From the NCBI GenBank assembly GCA_963832745.1, contig CAWHVC010000003.1, positions 256,001-320,000 of the forward strand: a stretch of 64,000 nt of DNA, in the 5' to 3' direction. How positions within the stretch are numbered: position 1 is the first letter of the stretch; the number at the start of each line of letters is the position of its first letter. The notes under the pieces were generated by a model that saw only the letters and a list, made by a program, of their open reading frames with translations, was not told the origin of the DNA and ran no database searches. A program made the position numbers and the translations under genes. Of this stretch, positions 27,305-38,300 are shown piece after piece. The DNA comes from Candidatus Bathyarchaeota archaeon. Its GTDB lineage: Archaea; Thermoproteota; Bathyarchaeia; Bathyarchaeales; Bathycorpusculaceae.

Positions 27305-27553
27305 ATGGAGGAACAGGTTATACTAAAAGTTGATTCTAAAGGGAGATTGTGCATTCCCGCCGAATTCAGGGAAGAAATCGGAGACGCCGCAATCATGAAA
27401 AAAACGCCCCAAGGCTTTCTCATTGTACCGGGCAAACAAGAAAACTTTATTGAATCCTTCAACAAAACCATAACCTCCGAGCCAAAACGTAAAGGCAAAC
27501 CTAAACTTGCCACTCCAGAAGAAATGAAGACTGCTTGGAGAACAGTCAAGTGA
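27305..27553 (+). CDS. AbrB/MazE/SpoVT-family antitoxin
   Basis: KVDSKGRLCIPAEFREEIG; overlaps the PIN gene. Confidence 0.88.
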   Translation: MEEQVILKVDSKGRLCIPAEFREEIGDAAIMKKTPQGFLIVPGKQENFIESFNKTITSEPKRKGKPKLATPEEMKTAWRTVK

Positions 27554-27987
27554 TAACTGGCTTAGACACAAACATCCTCTGCTACGCTCTTGACAAAATT
27601 TACCCAGAAAACACCCACATCAAAGAATTACTTACCAGTCTTTCGCCCGAAAACCTTGTTGCCATTAACCCAACAGTGCTCCATGAAACATACCACACAC
27701 TTGTTTACTATCTAGAATGGGCCCCCGAAGAAGCAGCAAAACGGCTGTCACTAATGCTAAAACATCCCTATATCAAATTCTACAACCAAACCCAAAAAAC
27801 CAGTCAAATAGCACTAAACCTTGCCGTAAAACATGGTTTAGAGGGCAGAGACGCCCTAATAGTCGCCAATTATTTGGCAAACAAAACCCCAATTATCTAC
27901 ACCCACGACAAAGCACTGCTAAAACTACAAAAAATCACTTGGAAAAATACCTGCCTAACACTAAAAGACCCAATCAACCAAAAATGA
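27550..27987 (+). CDS. vapC: VapC PIN-domain toxin
   Basis: LDTNIL, HETY, RDALIVA and YTHD acidic PIN residues; GTGA overlap with the antitoxin stop. Confidence 0.9.
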   Translation: MITGLDTNILCYALDKIYPENTHIKELLTSLSPENLVAINPTVLHETYHTLVYYLEWAPEEAAKRLSLMLKHPYIKFYNQTQKTSQIALNLAVKHGLEGRDALIVANYLANKTPIIYTHDKALLKLQKITWKNTCLTLKDPINQK

Positions 27988-27996
27988 AAAATGCAA

Positions 27997-28063
27997 AATA
28001 AAGCAATACCCCATTTTAAAGTCACTCTATGGTTCAGGGTCAATGAACGATATAAAAACTATG
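27997..28063. repeat. Direct repeat copy 2 (duplicate of the cimA promoter and start region)
   Basis: First ~40 bp identical to 27167-27205 except a 1-nt indel; TATA segment also conserved. Confidence 0.9.
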
Positions 28064-28079
28064 ATATAAGAGCATAACC

Positions 28080-28622
28080 TTGTCGGAGAATTTTGTGACA
28101 CGCTTATCTATAATATCCAAAACTGATGTCTATTTTAAAATGGAGACCAATAAAATGGAAAAACCTGATACAGCTGATAAAATTCTCAAAATAGTAGTTT
28201 TTGTTGGCCTCATTGTAGCCGTTGCCTTAACAATTGCATGTATAGAAAATAATCTACACAGCACAACGCGACCAGTTCGACCAATCATTGACGTTAGCAA
28301 CCAAGGCATTGCGGTAAGCGACGGAAACTACAACATTTCGTACTCAATAAAAGCGCAACAATCAACAACAATTGATAAGATACAAATTAAATCAAGAAAC
28401 ATTTCTGACCCAATCTCACATACTGAAGTTAAGGAAACAATGATTTTCGTAAACGGCACAAAAATGAACACAGAAAAAATAGGCTATGATTTGGATAGCG
28501 GCAGCATTCTTGAAGTGAACGCTATAATCCCTTGCACAAAAGTTCTCTCGAACGAAACATCAATCATCATAGTTACCCTTGAACCTTACAGTTCTAATTA
28601 TTTAACAACAATGCTTGCATAA
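28080..28622 (+). CDS. Hypothetical membrane-anchored protein (start probably ATG 28140 or 28156 region)
   Basis: Single hydrophobic segment followed by a beta-rich domain; AT-rich. Confidence 0.6.
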   Translation: MSENFVTRLSIISKTDVYFKMETNKMEKPDTADKILKIVVFVGLIVAVALTIACIENNLHSTTRPVRPIIDVSNQGIAVSDGNYNISYSIKAQQSTTIDKIQIKSRNISDPISHTEVKETMIFVNGTKMNTEKIGYDLDSGSILEVNAIIPCTKVLSNETSIIIVTLEPYSSNYLTTMLA

Positions 28623-28636
28623 AACAATCCTTTGTC

Positions 28637-28834
28637 TTATGCTATCATATACATTTTGGCTCTTCCGACTGTTCGGGAGTTTTTGATTTTTCCAGCTTTT
28701 TCGAGCCCGAATAGATATTTTGAAACGGTATTCCTATGTAATCCGGTCTTTTCGGCTATCTCTTCTATCGAAAAGTCTTTTGGGCACTCTTTTTGTAGGA
28801 ATTCTAGAATTGTGTTTTCTATTTCTTGACTCAT
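28637..28834 (-). CDS. Small winged-helix DNA-binding protein
   Basis: FSIEEIAEKTGLHRNTVSKYLFGLEKAGKI..RTVGRAKMY. Confidence 0.85.
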   Translation of the reverse strand: MSQEIENTILEFLQKECPKDFSIEEIAEKTGLHRNTVSKYLFGLEKAGKIKNSRTVGRAKMYMIA

Positions 28835-28943
28835 CAGGTGCACTGATGAACACTGTTATTAAACAACAAATATATACTTGGTTGTATATTAATATTGTGC
28901 ATAATTAAACAACATCATTACACACAGGAGAGAGACTTTAAAA

Positions 28944-29195
28944 ATGTTAACCAAAAAAGCAGTTATTGTTGTAGAGTTGGGTTTTGAGTCGGCTCAAGCG
29001 TCAGATTCCCAGATTGTGAAGGATATTCGAAAAGAAGCGCAGATTCCTTGGTGCAGCAAAATCCGCAAAATCGACGTCTACATAGCCAATAACCCAAGCC
29101 GTGACGCCTATGGTTCCTTGTCCACGTTGCGGCAAAAACCTAACCAAACCCACACGCACACGGGAAACCTTTCTTTTCAGAATCGACGACTATGA
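28944..29195 (+). CDS. Small hypothetical protein divergent from the wHTH gene
   Basis: SD AGGAG; protein-like N-terminal 46 aa; C-terminal part overlaps the next ORF. Confidence 0.6.
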   Translation: MLTKKAVIVVELGFESAQASDSQIVKDIRKEAQIPWCSKIRKIDVYIANNPSRDAYGSLSTLRQKPNQTHTHTGNLSFQNRRL

Positions 29196-29235
29196 ATGCG
29201 ATCAATGCGGAAAACACTTCGAAGCAATCAGCTAA
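29110..29235 (+). CDS. Small zinc-ribbon protein (41 aa, MVPCPRCGKNLTKPTRTRETFLFRIDDYECDQCGKHFEAIS), not in the ORF track
   Basis: CPRCG...CDQCGK knuckles; GTGA upstream of the ATG. Confidence 0.7.
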   Translation: MVPCPRCGKNLTKPTRTRETFLFRIDDYECDQCGKHFEAIS

Positions 29236-29240
29236 CCCCC

Positions 29241-29295
29241 ACCTATTTGGATCCTAATATTCAATCTATGCAGAAAACCTATAGGGGGGTAGGCG
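29241..29295 (+). repeat. Dispersed non-coding repeat, partial copy A
   Basis: ACCTATTTGGATCCTAATA..CTATGCAGAAAACCTATAGGGGGGTAGGCG shared with copies B-D. Confidence 0.8.
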
Positions 29296-29304
29296 AAAGC
29301 TAGT

Positions 29305-30021
29305 CTACCGATGTTTTCTTTGGTCGTAAACAAAAAGTCCACCTCCAAGAACAATCACAACTGCTATAATAATCGGCGTTACGTAAGGCAGGTAGGCTGG
29401 GGGTTGCTCTAGGGTTGGCGTTGGAGTGATTGGCATAGATGTTGTAGTGGTGGCAGATTTGTCTATTGCAGCTATGGAGCCTATCCGGTTCATTGTTAAG
29501 ATTTGTGTTGGACTCCAGTCGGTGATGCGGGTAATTGCGAAGTCAGGATAAAATATTGGTTGTAACATAAATGGGGCGTATTGTTTGAAATACCCTTCTA
29601 TTGCTTGTACTTGGTAGTCTCTTTTGGCGTTGTCTAAGGGGAGGCTTTGAAACATCTTGGAGGTGTAGTTTGTGTCGGACTGTTTTATGTAGCCACCTCC
29701 AGTGTTAACCCATTTATCTCGGGCATACTGCAAATTATCTGATTCAGTCCATTCAGTTTCATTGTGGAGTTTTGTGCGTATGTTGTAGTATAGGTTTACT
29801 TCATAACCCTGTGAATTGTTGTAGGGTGTGAAGGGCTGATTTTTAATTTGCAGCTCTACAGCTTGCGGATATTCAACATCCCACGTAAGCGGAACAACCT
29901 TCACAGTAAATTCTGGCACCGACAGACTATTAGAGGCAGAAGCAGAATCAACCATTATCAGGCTTGATGAAGCCAAAACAACGATAAGCAGTAAGGAGAG
30001 TTGTTTAGGAGATACACCCAC
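29305..30021 (-). CDS. Secreted/surface protein with C-terminal TM anchor
   Basis: Signal peptide, SVPEFTVK..IKNQPF..LYYNIR..YQVQA pattern, Thr/Pro linker, TM and basic tail. Confidence 0.75.
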   Translation of the reverse strand: MGVSPKQLSLLLIVVLASSSLIMVDSASASNSLSVPEFTVKVVPLTWDVEYPQAVELQIKNQPFTPYNNSQGYEVNLYYNIRTKLHNETEWTESDNLQYARDKWVNTGGGYIKQSDTNYTSKMFQSLPLDNAKRDYQVQAIEGYFKQYAPFMLQPIFYPDFAITRITDWSPTQILTMNRIGSIAAIDKSATTTTSMPITPTPTLEQPPAYLPYVTPIIIAVVIVLGGGLFVYDQRKHR

Positions 30022-30231
30022 GCTTGTTCGCCTAAAATATGCTAATTCTTTTTTGGATTAAAGGGTTCTCGTAAAGACTTGTTTACTAAGGCAAGTCAGT
30101 TTTTCTTTACTAAAGCACATTTTGTATTAACACTTTTTAATCGCCATTTTTTAAGCCCAAAATTCTTTAAAAGGCGCGAATTGCTGCTTTTTTAACTGTT
30201 GGAGCGTGAGAAATGCTTTAGCCTTTGCAGA

Positions 30232-30472
30232 ATGGGTCATGCTAGTACCCGATTTGCATCTTGCTTTTCATTGAGCTCAGTGCTTTACTTTTCATACCAA
30301 CCTATTAGGATCCAAATAGCAGATCTATGCAGAAACCTATAGAGGGGTCTACCTTTCTTGATAGGGGTAGACTCTACCTGCACTTTTCCAAGCCCAAAAC
30401 TGCAAAACACTAAGGGGGGTAGGTGCTAATGGCTGAAAAATACGCCAATAAGCATGTTAAAAAACAGTGGTT
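30232..30472 (+). repeat. Dispersed non-coding repeat, copy B
   Basis: ATGGGTCATGCTAGTACCCGATTTGCAT...CCTATTAGGATCC...CTATGCAGAAACCTATAGAGGGG...TAAGGGGGGTAGGTGCTAATGGCTGAAAA. Confidence 0.85.
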
Positions 30473-30578
30473 TGTCGGGCTGTAATTGTTTTTTGGACAC
30501 ATAAAAGCTTAACAGCAACAGCCGCCCAATATGACAACAAAAGCAGCTTAATTGCAAATTTATACAGAGGAAGATAAG

Positions 30579-32204
30579 TTGAGAAGCAACGAAGTTAAGG
30601 TTGGATGTGAGCATGCGCCGCATCGGGCGCTTCTTAAATCGTTAGGATTAGACAATGATGACATAGCTAAACCATTCATTGGAGTAGCTAACAGTTACAA
30701 CACAATTGTTCCAGGACACATTCACCTGCGAACCTTAGGTGAAGCCGTAAAAGAAGGCATCTACGCCGCCGGCGGAACACCATTCGAATTCAACACAATC
30801 GCAGTCTGCGACGGAATCGCCATGGGACACCAAGGCATGCGATACAGCCTCCCAAGCCGCGAAATCATCGCCGACTCAGTCGAAATCATGCTACAAGCAC
30901 ACCGCTTCGACGGCTTAGTAATGGTAAGCAACTGCGACAAAGTCACACCCGGCATGCTAATGGCAGCAGCACGGGTAGACATACCAGCCATCCTACTCAC
31001 CGGAGGACCAATGGCAGCAGGAAAACTTAACGGCAAAAAAGTCAGCTACTCAGCAGTCCCCGAAGCCGTAGGCCAAGTTGTCGCAGGAAAAATGAGCGAA
31101 GACGAACTATACGCGCTCGAAAACGCCGCCTGCCCAGGATGCGGCAGCTGCAGCGGAATGTTCACCGCAAACACAATGGCATGCCTAAGCGAAGCATTAG
31201 GAATTTCACTACCCTACTGCGGAACCACAATGGCAACCAGCGCCCAAAAAGTCCGCTTAGCACGCCAAACAGGCAAAAGAATACTACAACTCGTCAAAGA
31301 AAACATTAAACCCTCAGACATCCTCACGCTGGAAGCCTTCAAAAACGCCGTCTCAGTTGACATGGCACTTGGCGGCTCAACCAACACAACACTACACTTA
31401 CCAGCAATCGCAAAAGAAGCCGGCGTAAAATTGCCCCTCGCCATGTTTGACGAAATCGGCAGAAAAGTCCCACACATCTGCAGCATGATACCAAGCGGCA
31501 CCTACGCCATCGAAGACCTAGACGCAGCAGGAGGAGTCCCAGCAGTCATGAACCAAATCCAAACACTCCTAAACCTAGACGCCCAAACCGTTTCAGGAAA
31601 AGTCTCAGACAACATCAAAAACGCCAAAGTCCTCAACGAAGAAGTAATTCACCCATTAAGCAACCCCGTTCACCCAGAAGGCGGCATAGCCATCCTAACC
31701 GGCAACCTTGCACCAAAAGGAGCAGTCATCAAAACCGCAGCAATCTCACCAAAAATGCAAAAACACACAGGCCCAGCCAAAGTTTACGATTCAGAAAACG
31801 AAGCCTTAACCGCAATACGCGGCAAACAAATCAGCCCCGGAGACGTCGTAGTCATACGGTACGAAGGCCCAAGAGGTGGACCAGGAATGCCCGAAATGCT
31901 TTTCCCAACAGCAACCATTGCCGGCATGGGTTTAGCTGAAAGTGTCGCTTTGATTACTGACGGCAGATTCAGCGGAGCCACACGCGGCGGAAGCATCGGT
32001 CACGTTGCCCCTGAAGCCTTTGACGGCGGCCCAATAGCAATTTTGCAAAACGGCGACACAATAACCATTGACATACCAAACAGGGTTCTAAAGGTCAATT
32101 TGAGTGACGAAGAAATTAAAGCCCGTTTGGCTGCTTGGAAGCCTAGAAAACCCAAGTTTTCTAAAGGAATTCTTTCCAGGTATTCGCCTGTTTCTCTTGA
32201 ATAA
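30579..32204 (+). CDS. ilvD: Dihydroxy-acid dehydratase
   Basis: CDGIAMGH, NCDKVTPG, CSGMFTANTM, GPRGGPGMPEM and TDGRFSG; TTG 30579 after GAGG preferred. Confidence 0.97.
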   Translation: MRSNEVKVGCEHAPHRALLKSLGLDNDDIAKPFIGVANSYNTIVPGHIHLRTLGEAVKEGIYAAGGTPFEFNTIAVCDGIAMGHQGMRYSLPSREIIADSVEIMLQAHRFDGLVMVSNCDKVTPGMLMAAARVDIPAILLTGGPMAAGKLNGKKVSYSAVPEAVGQVVAGKMSEDELYALENAACPGCGSCSGMFTANTMACLSEALGISLPYCGTTMATSAQKVRLARQTGKRILQLVKENIKPSDILTLEAFKNAVSVDMALGGSTNTTLHLPAIAKEAGVKLPLAMFDEIGRKVPHICSMIPSGTYAIEDLDAAGGVPAVMNQIQTLLNLDAQTVSGKVSDNIKNAKVLNEEVIHPLSNPVHPEGGIAILTGNLAPKGAVIKTAAISPKMQKHTGPAKVYDSENEALTAIRGKQISPGDVVVIRYEGPRGGPGMPEMLFPTATIAGMGLAESVALITDGRFSGATRGGSIGHVAPEAFDGGPIAILQNGDTITIDIPNRVLKVNLSDEEIKARLAAWKPRKPKFSKGILSRYSPVSLE

Positions 32205-32317
32205 TTAATTTTTTTCCTTTAAATTTTTTAAATTTTTCTTGTATATTAAGTTCAAACTTACAATAGTTTTATAACTTCAACTCAACAACCGAACCCTCAC
32301 GGAATTGAGAGAAAAAA

Positions 32318-34795
32318 ATGTCAAAAAAATTTTATTCTTCAGCACTAGCTATAATCTTTATTGTATCAATTGCAACATCAATCATTGCAATGCCAAACCC
32401 CACCACAGCAGCAACAGGCGCCAAAACTTACCCGTTCGTTGAAGCAGTACCAAACCCAGTCGGTGTCAATCAAAGAACACTGATTAACTTTGGTTTACTA
32501 AACTACCTCAACGTCGATGGCGACGGCTGGAACGTAACTTTAACCATCACCGACCCAAGCGGACACGTCACAACAGTTGACCGCAAAACATGGTCCACCG
32601 GCACAGTAGGCTACAGTTTTGTTCCAGAAACAAACGGCACATACATCCTCAAATGCAGCTTCAAAGAATCATGGTACAACTCATCATATGTAGGATGGTT
32701 TGGACCAGTAACCTCTAGCACATACATGGCATCAAGCGAAACCGACCCATACGAACTCATAGTTACTAATGAACCTACAGCATCATACCCGGGACATGCA
32801 ATGCCAACTGAATACTGGAGCAGACCTATCGATCCACAACTTCGTGAATGGTGGTCCGTTTCAGGCAGCTGGGTCTCAGCACCATTAAACCTGTTTGCAC
32901 CATACAATGATGCACCAGAAAGTGCACACATTCTATGGACAATGCCAATCGGCGACACAATGGGCGGCTTAATCGGCGGCGACTCAGAAGTAGGATACCA
33001 AAACGGAGACGCGTATGAAGGCAAATGGGCTGGTTCAGTAATAATCAGCGGAGTACTATACTACAACCGGTACACAACCTCTTTCTATTCAACCTCGCCA
33101 AAACAGGAAGTAGTAGCAGTTGATTTGCACACAGGCCAAACACTCTGGTCAAAAGTACTTGACACCAACGGGAGAATCGCTTTTGGACAAATCTTAAAAT
33201 GGGACTGCCTAAATAACCGTGGCGGATTTTCATACCTTTGGGTATCCAGCGGCACAAGCCTATACGCTTTTGAAGCCCTAACAGGCGACTGGCTATACAA
33301 CTATACTAACGTACCAAGCGGCACTAACTATTATGGTCCAAACGGTGAATTCCTAAGATACCAAATCAGCAACGGCAGATTGCTCAGATGGAACTCAAGC
33401 TACGTAGTTACAGCAGGTAAAAGTGGCATGGCTGAAAGCTGGGGAAGCCAGATACAGGGAATGTCATTTGACGCATCTAAAGGCTATGACCTGAACGTTT
33501 CAATTTCAGGCACCATACCAAGTACTAGCATCTTGCAAGTGTTTCCAGGCGACAGAGTTATAGGAGGAAACTATACTGTTGGGGCACCAAGCGGTAACGG
33601 CGTTACTCTTTGGGGCTTAAGCTTAGCACCAGGCCATGAAGGTACAGTACTCTTTAGCAATACTTGGGCAGCACCAGCAACTTGGGCAGACCTAGCAGGC
33701 ACAATGCAAAGCTACTTCACCGCATACAGTCAAGAAGACTACGTTGCAACATTCTGGGCAAAAGAAGAAAGAATCAACTATGGCTTTAGCCTTGAAACAG
33801 GCAAAAACCTGTGGGCAACTGAACCACAAAACTATGCAGACGCATGGACAGATTCCCCAGCAGATGAGAGAAACATTGCTTATGGCAAACTCTACTCAGC
33901 AAGCTGCGGTGGTACAGTCTACTGCTTTGATATACAAAATGGTGAAACACTGTGGACATATAATGCAACCGACCCGTACACAGAATCATACATCACAAAC
34001 AACTGGTGGCTCATGACGACTTTCATTTCAGACGACAAAATCTACCTCGGACACATGGAACACTCAGCACAAGAACCAAAACCAAGAGGCGCACCCTTCA
34101 TATGCCTAAACGCAACAGACGGCACACTAATCTGGGAAATCGACGGTGCATTCAGACAAACACGCTGGGGCGGACGAGCTATAATCGGCGACTCCATAAT
34201 AGTAACACAAGACACTTATGATCAACAAATTTATGCTATCGGTAAAGGTCCAAGCGCAATGAGCGTTACAGCACCAGATGCAGGTGTAACAACCAGTTCA
34301 GGTGTTATGATTAGAGGCACAATAACCGATGTATCTCCAGGCACAACAGACTCATCTATTGCTATGCGGTTCCCCAATGGTGTTCCAGTGGTTTCAGACG
34401 CAAGCCAAAGCGACTGGATGCTTTACGTATACAAACAATTTGAGCAACCAAGCGGCGCAACCGGTGTTCCAATCTCTATTGACGCAGTTGATCCTAACGG
34501 CAACTATGTTCACCTTGGCGATACAACAAGCGATTCAAGCGGCAGATTCCACTTAAGCGTCTGCCCAGATACTCCAGGTGACTATGTCATCTATGCCACA
34601 TTTGGCGGTTCAGCAGCTTTCTATTCATCATTTGCCCAAACAGAAATGACAGTGATGAATGCTCAATCAGAATCAACTCCAGCGCCATCTCAAGCTACAC
34701 AAACACCATACGAATTGTACACTATCGGATCAGCCATTGTAATTATCATTGCAATAGCATTAGTAGCATTATTGCTGCTTAGAAGAAGACCATAA
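32318..34795 (+). CDS. Secreted PQQ-like beta-propeller repeat surface protein with C-terminal TM anchor
   Basis: Signal peptide; repeated 'AVDLHTGQTLW / CFDIQNGETLW / CLNATDGTLIW' blade motifs; TM plus RRRP. Confidence 0.85.
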   Translation: MSKKFYSSALAIIFIVSIATSIIAMPNPTTAATGAKTYPFVEAVPNPVGVNQRTLINFGLLNYLNVDGDGWNVTLTITDPSGHVTTVDRKTWSTGTVGYSFVPETNGTYILKCSFKESWYNSSYVGWFGPVTSSTYMASSETDPYELIVTNEPTASYPGHAMPTEYWSRPIDPQLREWWSVSGSWVSAPLNLFAPYNDAPESAHILWTMPIGDTMGGLIGGDSEVGYQNGDAYEGKWAGSVIISGVLYYNRYTTSFYSTSPKQEVVAVDLHTGQTLWSKVLDTNGRIAFGQILKWDCLNNRGGFSYLWVSSGTSLYAFEALTGDWLYNYTNVPSGTNYYGPNGEFLRYQISNGRLLRWNSSYVVTAGKSGMAESWGSQIQGMSFDASKGYDLNVSISGTIPSTSILQVFPGDRVIGGNYTVGAPSGNGVTLWGLSLAPGHEGTVLFSNTWAAPATWADLAGTMQSYFTAYSQEDYVATFWAKEERINYGFSLETGKNLWATEPQNYADAWTDSPADERNIAYGKLYSASCGGTVYCFDIQNGETLWTYNATDPYTESYITNNWWLMTTFISDDKIYLGHMEHSAQEPKPRGAPFICLNATDGTLIWEIDGAFRQTRWGGRAIIGDSIIVTQDTYDQQIYAIGKGPSAMSVTAPDAGVTTSSGVMIRGTITDVSPGTTDSSIAMRFPNGVPVVSDASQSDWMLYVYKQFEQPSGATGVPISIDAVDPNGNYVHLGDTTSDSSGRFHLSVCPDTPGDYVIYATFGGSAAFYSSFAQTEMTVMNAQSESTPAPSQATQTPYELYTIGSAIVIIIAIALVALLLLRRRP

Positions 34796-35095
34796 GAAAA
34801 CCTAAACAATCATTTCCTTTTTTCTTTTTAAATTTTCAAAAAAAATATGAAACAGGATTAATTTGTGTGCTTTTATCTGGTTTACCAGATAAGCCCATGC
34901 ATGCCCTCGCCCAGTTGGAATTGCCCGTTTATAGTTTAACCTTGACAGTAACCGTAAGGTGAGCCTTTGCAAGTATTGGTAACAGTTTTGACCTAGGCGC
35001 TGTTGTATGGTACTCTTGTTGGTTCAGTGGTATTGTATACGCTAAAAGATGAGCAGCTACTACGAGAGCAACGCCGACTAATGTGACCGCGATAA

Positions 35096-35311
35096 GTACC
35101 AAGACACAAAGTTATCAATACCCTAAATCTTCATCAGGACAAATATCTGCAAAAATGCAGCATAAAAGAAGCAGGCTTAAGCAAACTTAAAACCCACCGC
35201 ATAGTTACACGCCTTTCTGAAGGCGGCATTGTTGCCCTGGAAAAAACTGGAAACACAAACACGGTATACTTGGATGATAGGCTAAAAAGAAAGAAGACGG
35301 ATACCCCGTAA
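35096..35311 (+). pseudogene. Start-less fragment of a MarR-like winged-helix regulator
   Basis: Frame reads KVINTL..KYLQK..KEAGLSKLKTHRIVTRLSEGGIVALEKTGNTNTVYL with a stop immediately upstream and no start codon before the domain. Confidence 0.55.
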
Positions 35312-35346
35312 GCCCCAGGGTTTTGGAGCTTTAGGGTTTTTCTGTT

Positions 35347-38300
35347 TTATTGTTTTGCTTTTTTGTTGTTGTCGGTTTTGATTCTTTGCAGTCGTCTGAT
35401 TGGGTTGTACCAGTTCCATTTTCCAAGCATCGACATTACTGCCGGCACAAGGTAAGTGCGCACGACTAAAGCGTCGATAAGTATGGAGAATGAGAAAGCA
35501 AATCCCATTTCTCTTAGTAGCAGATTGCTTGATAGCATAAGTGCACCTAGTGAGCCGGCAAGGATGATGGCTGCTGCTGTGATGATTCCACCTGTTTGCT
35601 CTATTGAGTGGACGATTGCCGTTTTGAGTTTTTCACCTTTGGCTGCTTCTTCACGGATACGGGTTAGGATGAAAATGTTGTAGTCCATGCCTAAACCGAG
35701 GAGCAGCACGAAGAGAATCAGTGGTGTCATGAAGAGTAAGCCGTAGTTGAAGGCTGACTGGAACACGACTGCTGTTACAGCAAGAGTCCAAACAATGCTC
35801 ATTAACACTGAAACAAGAGCGAACAATGGTAGAACCAAGGAGCCAAGCACAAAGAACAGCACCAAGCTTACGCCGACTGCAACGATTGGCAATATAACGT
35901 TGAATTGGTCTACGAACACGTTTTTGGTATCAAGGATACCGCCTGTTGTTCCGCCCATGTAAATGCCAGTAACTCCGTCTGTGTTGTCAAAGTTTGTGTG
36001 TAGATTATTTCTCATGTCTTGGGCGGCGTTCATTGCGGGTGTGGAGTATGGGTCAACGTTGAAACGCAGTGTAATTAGGGCTGATTTGTTGCCTGAGCCA
36101 ATGTTTGACATTATAGAGTTGTAAGTGGTTGGGTCTGATGTTGAGTTGATGTTTTGGTAATCTATTGGCACGTCATAGGGCATTGTGGGACTTGAAACTT
36201 CTTGCACGTCAGCATGGCTTGATACTTGGTTGGAAATTTGTTGTATAGTCGCCATTGCATCATGGTTAAAAACGCCGTCCTTAACGATAGGTTCATCGAA
36301 AGTGACTACCACGTATGAGGGGAACAGTTTGCCGCCGCCAAAAGAGTTGGTCAAAGTGTGTGAAGCCTGTATGGATTCTAGACTGTTTGATGCGCCGCCA
36401 AGGAAGTCGTAGGTTGGAACTGTTGTCATGTAAACATAGAATGTTGGCACTGTTACCAAGATTGCTACAAGCACGACTACTTTTGCGTGTTTTACTGAAA
36501 AGTTGCCACTTTTTGCGAAGTAGCCGTTTTTGTGTACTGATTTTTGTTTTACTGATTCGGCGTATTTTTGGAAGCGCGAGCCAGTGTTTGGCCAAAATAT
36601 TCTGTCACCAAGTATTGCGGTTAAGGCTGGCGCAAATGTTAAAGATACGGCGAGCATGACGATTACGCCTAAACCGACGACTAGGCCCATTGTTTGCATT
36701 AGCACGATTGAGGTTATTGCTAGTGAGAGGAAGGATATGATGACTGTTGCGCCGCTTGTGGTGATGGATTCGCCTGCCCAAGTGACTGATTGTATGATGG
36801 CTTTATGCAGGGGTAAACCGTTAACGCGTTCTTCTCGGTGGCGGGCAATAATGAAGATACTATAGTCGGTGCCCACCCCGATTAACACGGTTAAGAGGAT
36901 AGTGGGAATCATGAAGTCAACGTGGTTGATGTATGTGCCAACGAGGTAGAGAAATATTTGTGAGATTCCCAAACCGACGCCTATTGTGCCTAAAGTTATC
37001 AGTGGAGTTACTATTGAGCGGAAGAACAAGCCAGTTGCAACCAGCAGTAGCACTATGGTTACTGGAAGAATCAGTTCAAGGTCAGCCATGGTGGAAACGT
37101 TGAAGTCATAGTTTAATGCGTCAGTTCCTGTAACAAGTGCGGATTCAACGGTTGGGTTCTGCGCTACCAAGGTTTTTATGTGGTCTCTTATTGCTAACAG
37201 GTTGCTTTCGCTTGACTTGTTAAAATCAACAGAGATTATTGTAACATCTTTTGCTGGCGAAACAAACGATGAAACCAAAGTGTCGAATTCTTGACCAACA
37301 TTGTAAACGTCTGGGTTGTAAACTATGTCACCTGCCAATACACGCAGTTGAGCTTCAGTGGGGTTTTCACCTAAACCATAAATGGTTTTAACCAAGTCTT
37401 CTGAGAGGCCTGATTGACCTGCAAGATAGGTGATTGTGAAGTTGTAGAGTTTGTCGTTGTTTTGTGTTTGGTTGTTGTTTAGGAAATCGTTTAAGCTGAA
37501 AGTGTTTGCCAGTGAAGTTGCAAAATCGTTGATTGTACTGTTGTCGTTAAGGTAGTGACTTATGAATTGGCTTGTTGCTTGGTCGGTGATGGCAAGGGCG
37601 CGTTCTGTTGCTGTGTAGTCGTTCATTGAAGCGTTGTTGAAGGTTGCCGCCCATGAAGCATCAAAAATGTCAAGCAAATGTGAAGTGTATTGGTCAAATG
37701 CTGCTTGGTCAGCGTCTTTGAGGATTGTTTGGCTTTGATTGAGGGACACTTCGTTGAGCATTGTTATGAAGCTGTCCATGTTGTAGTCGTCAGCATTCCA
37801 GATGACATCGTCTGGTTAAGGTTTTTATTTGGGTTTGGCTTGGGTTTCTTCCCAAATTGAAAGCCGCATTAACAAATGCTACTGTTGCGTCTGACTGGTT
37901 AGCAATGTAGTGGATAGAGAAGTCTTGGAGTGCTGCAGCGTTTTGTTCAGCCGTGTTGTAGAGGAAATTTTCAAGCTTTAAGGCTGCTGGTTAAGGAGTT
38001 TGCGAAGTCAATAGCGGTTTGGTTTCCTGCCAAGAAATTGTTAATGTACAATTGTACGGTTTGGTCGGTTGCTGCTGAAGCACGTTGTATTGGAGTTAAT
38101 TGTTGGGTTGCGGGGTTTTGGAAACTTATTGTCCAAGTAGCGTTGAAAGCGTCAAGCAATGGTTTTGTGTACATTTGGTAGGATGCGGGGTCAAGTTGCT
38201 GCATCATCGCGGCTGTCTGGTTGTAAGCCACTTCGTTAAACATTGGAATGAATGTTTGACCCATATTGTAGCTTTCTGGGTTAAGGATGATTGCGTCAGC

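Noticed and set aside
30429-30551. Short ORFs upstream of ilvD (MAEKYANKHVKKQWFVGL and MTTKAA) as leader peptides
   Set aside because: No clustered V/L/I codons; the first is part of the dispersed repeat and its frame is not conserved in other copies
34928-35102. ~57-codon hydrophobic minus-strand ORF after the beta-propeller gene
   Set aside because: No SD or recognisable family; probably debris from the same decay event as the adjacent wHTH fragment
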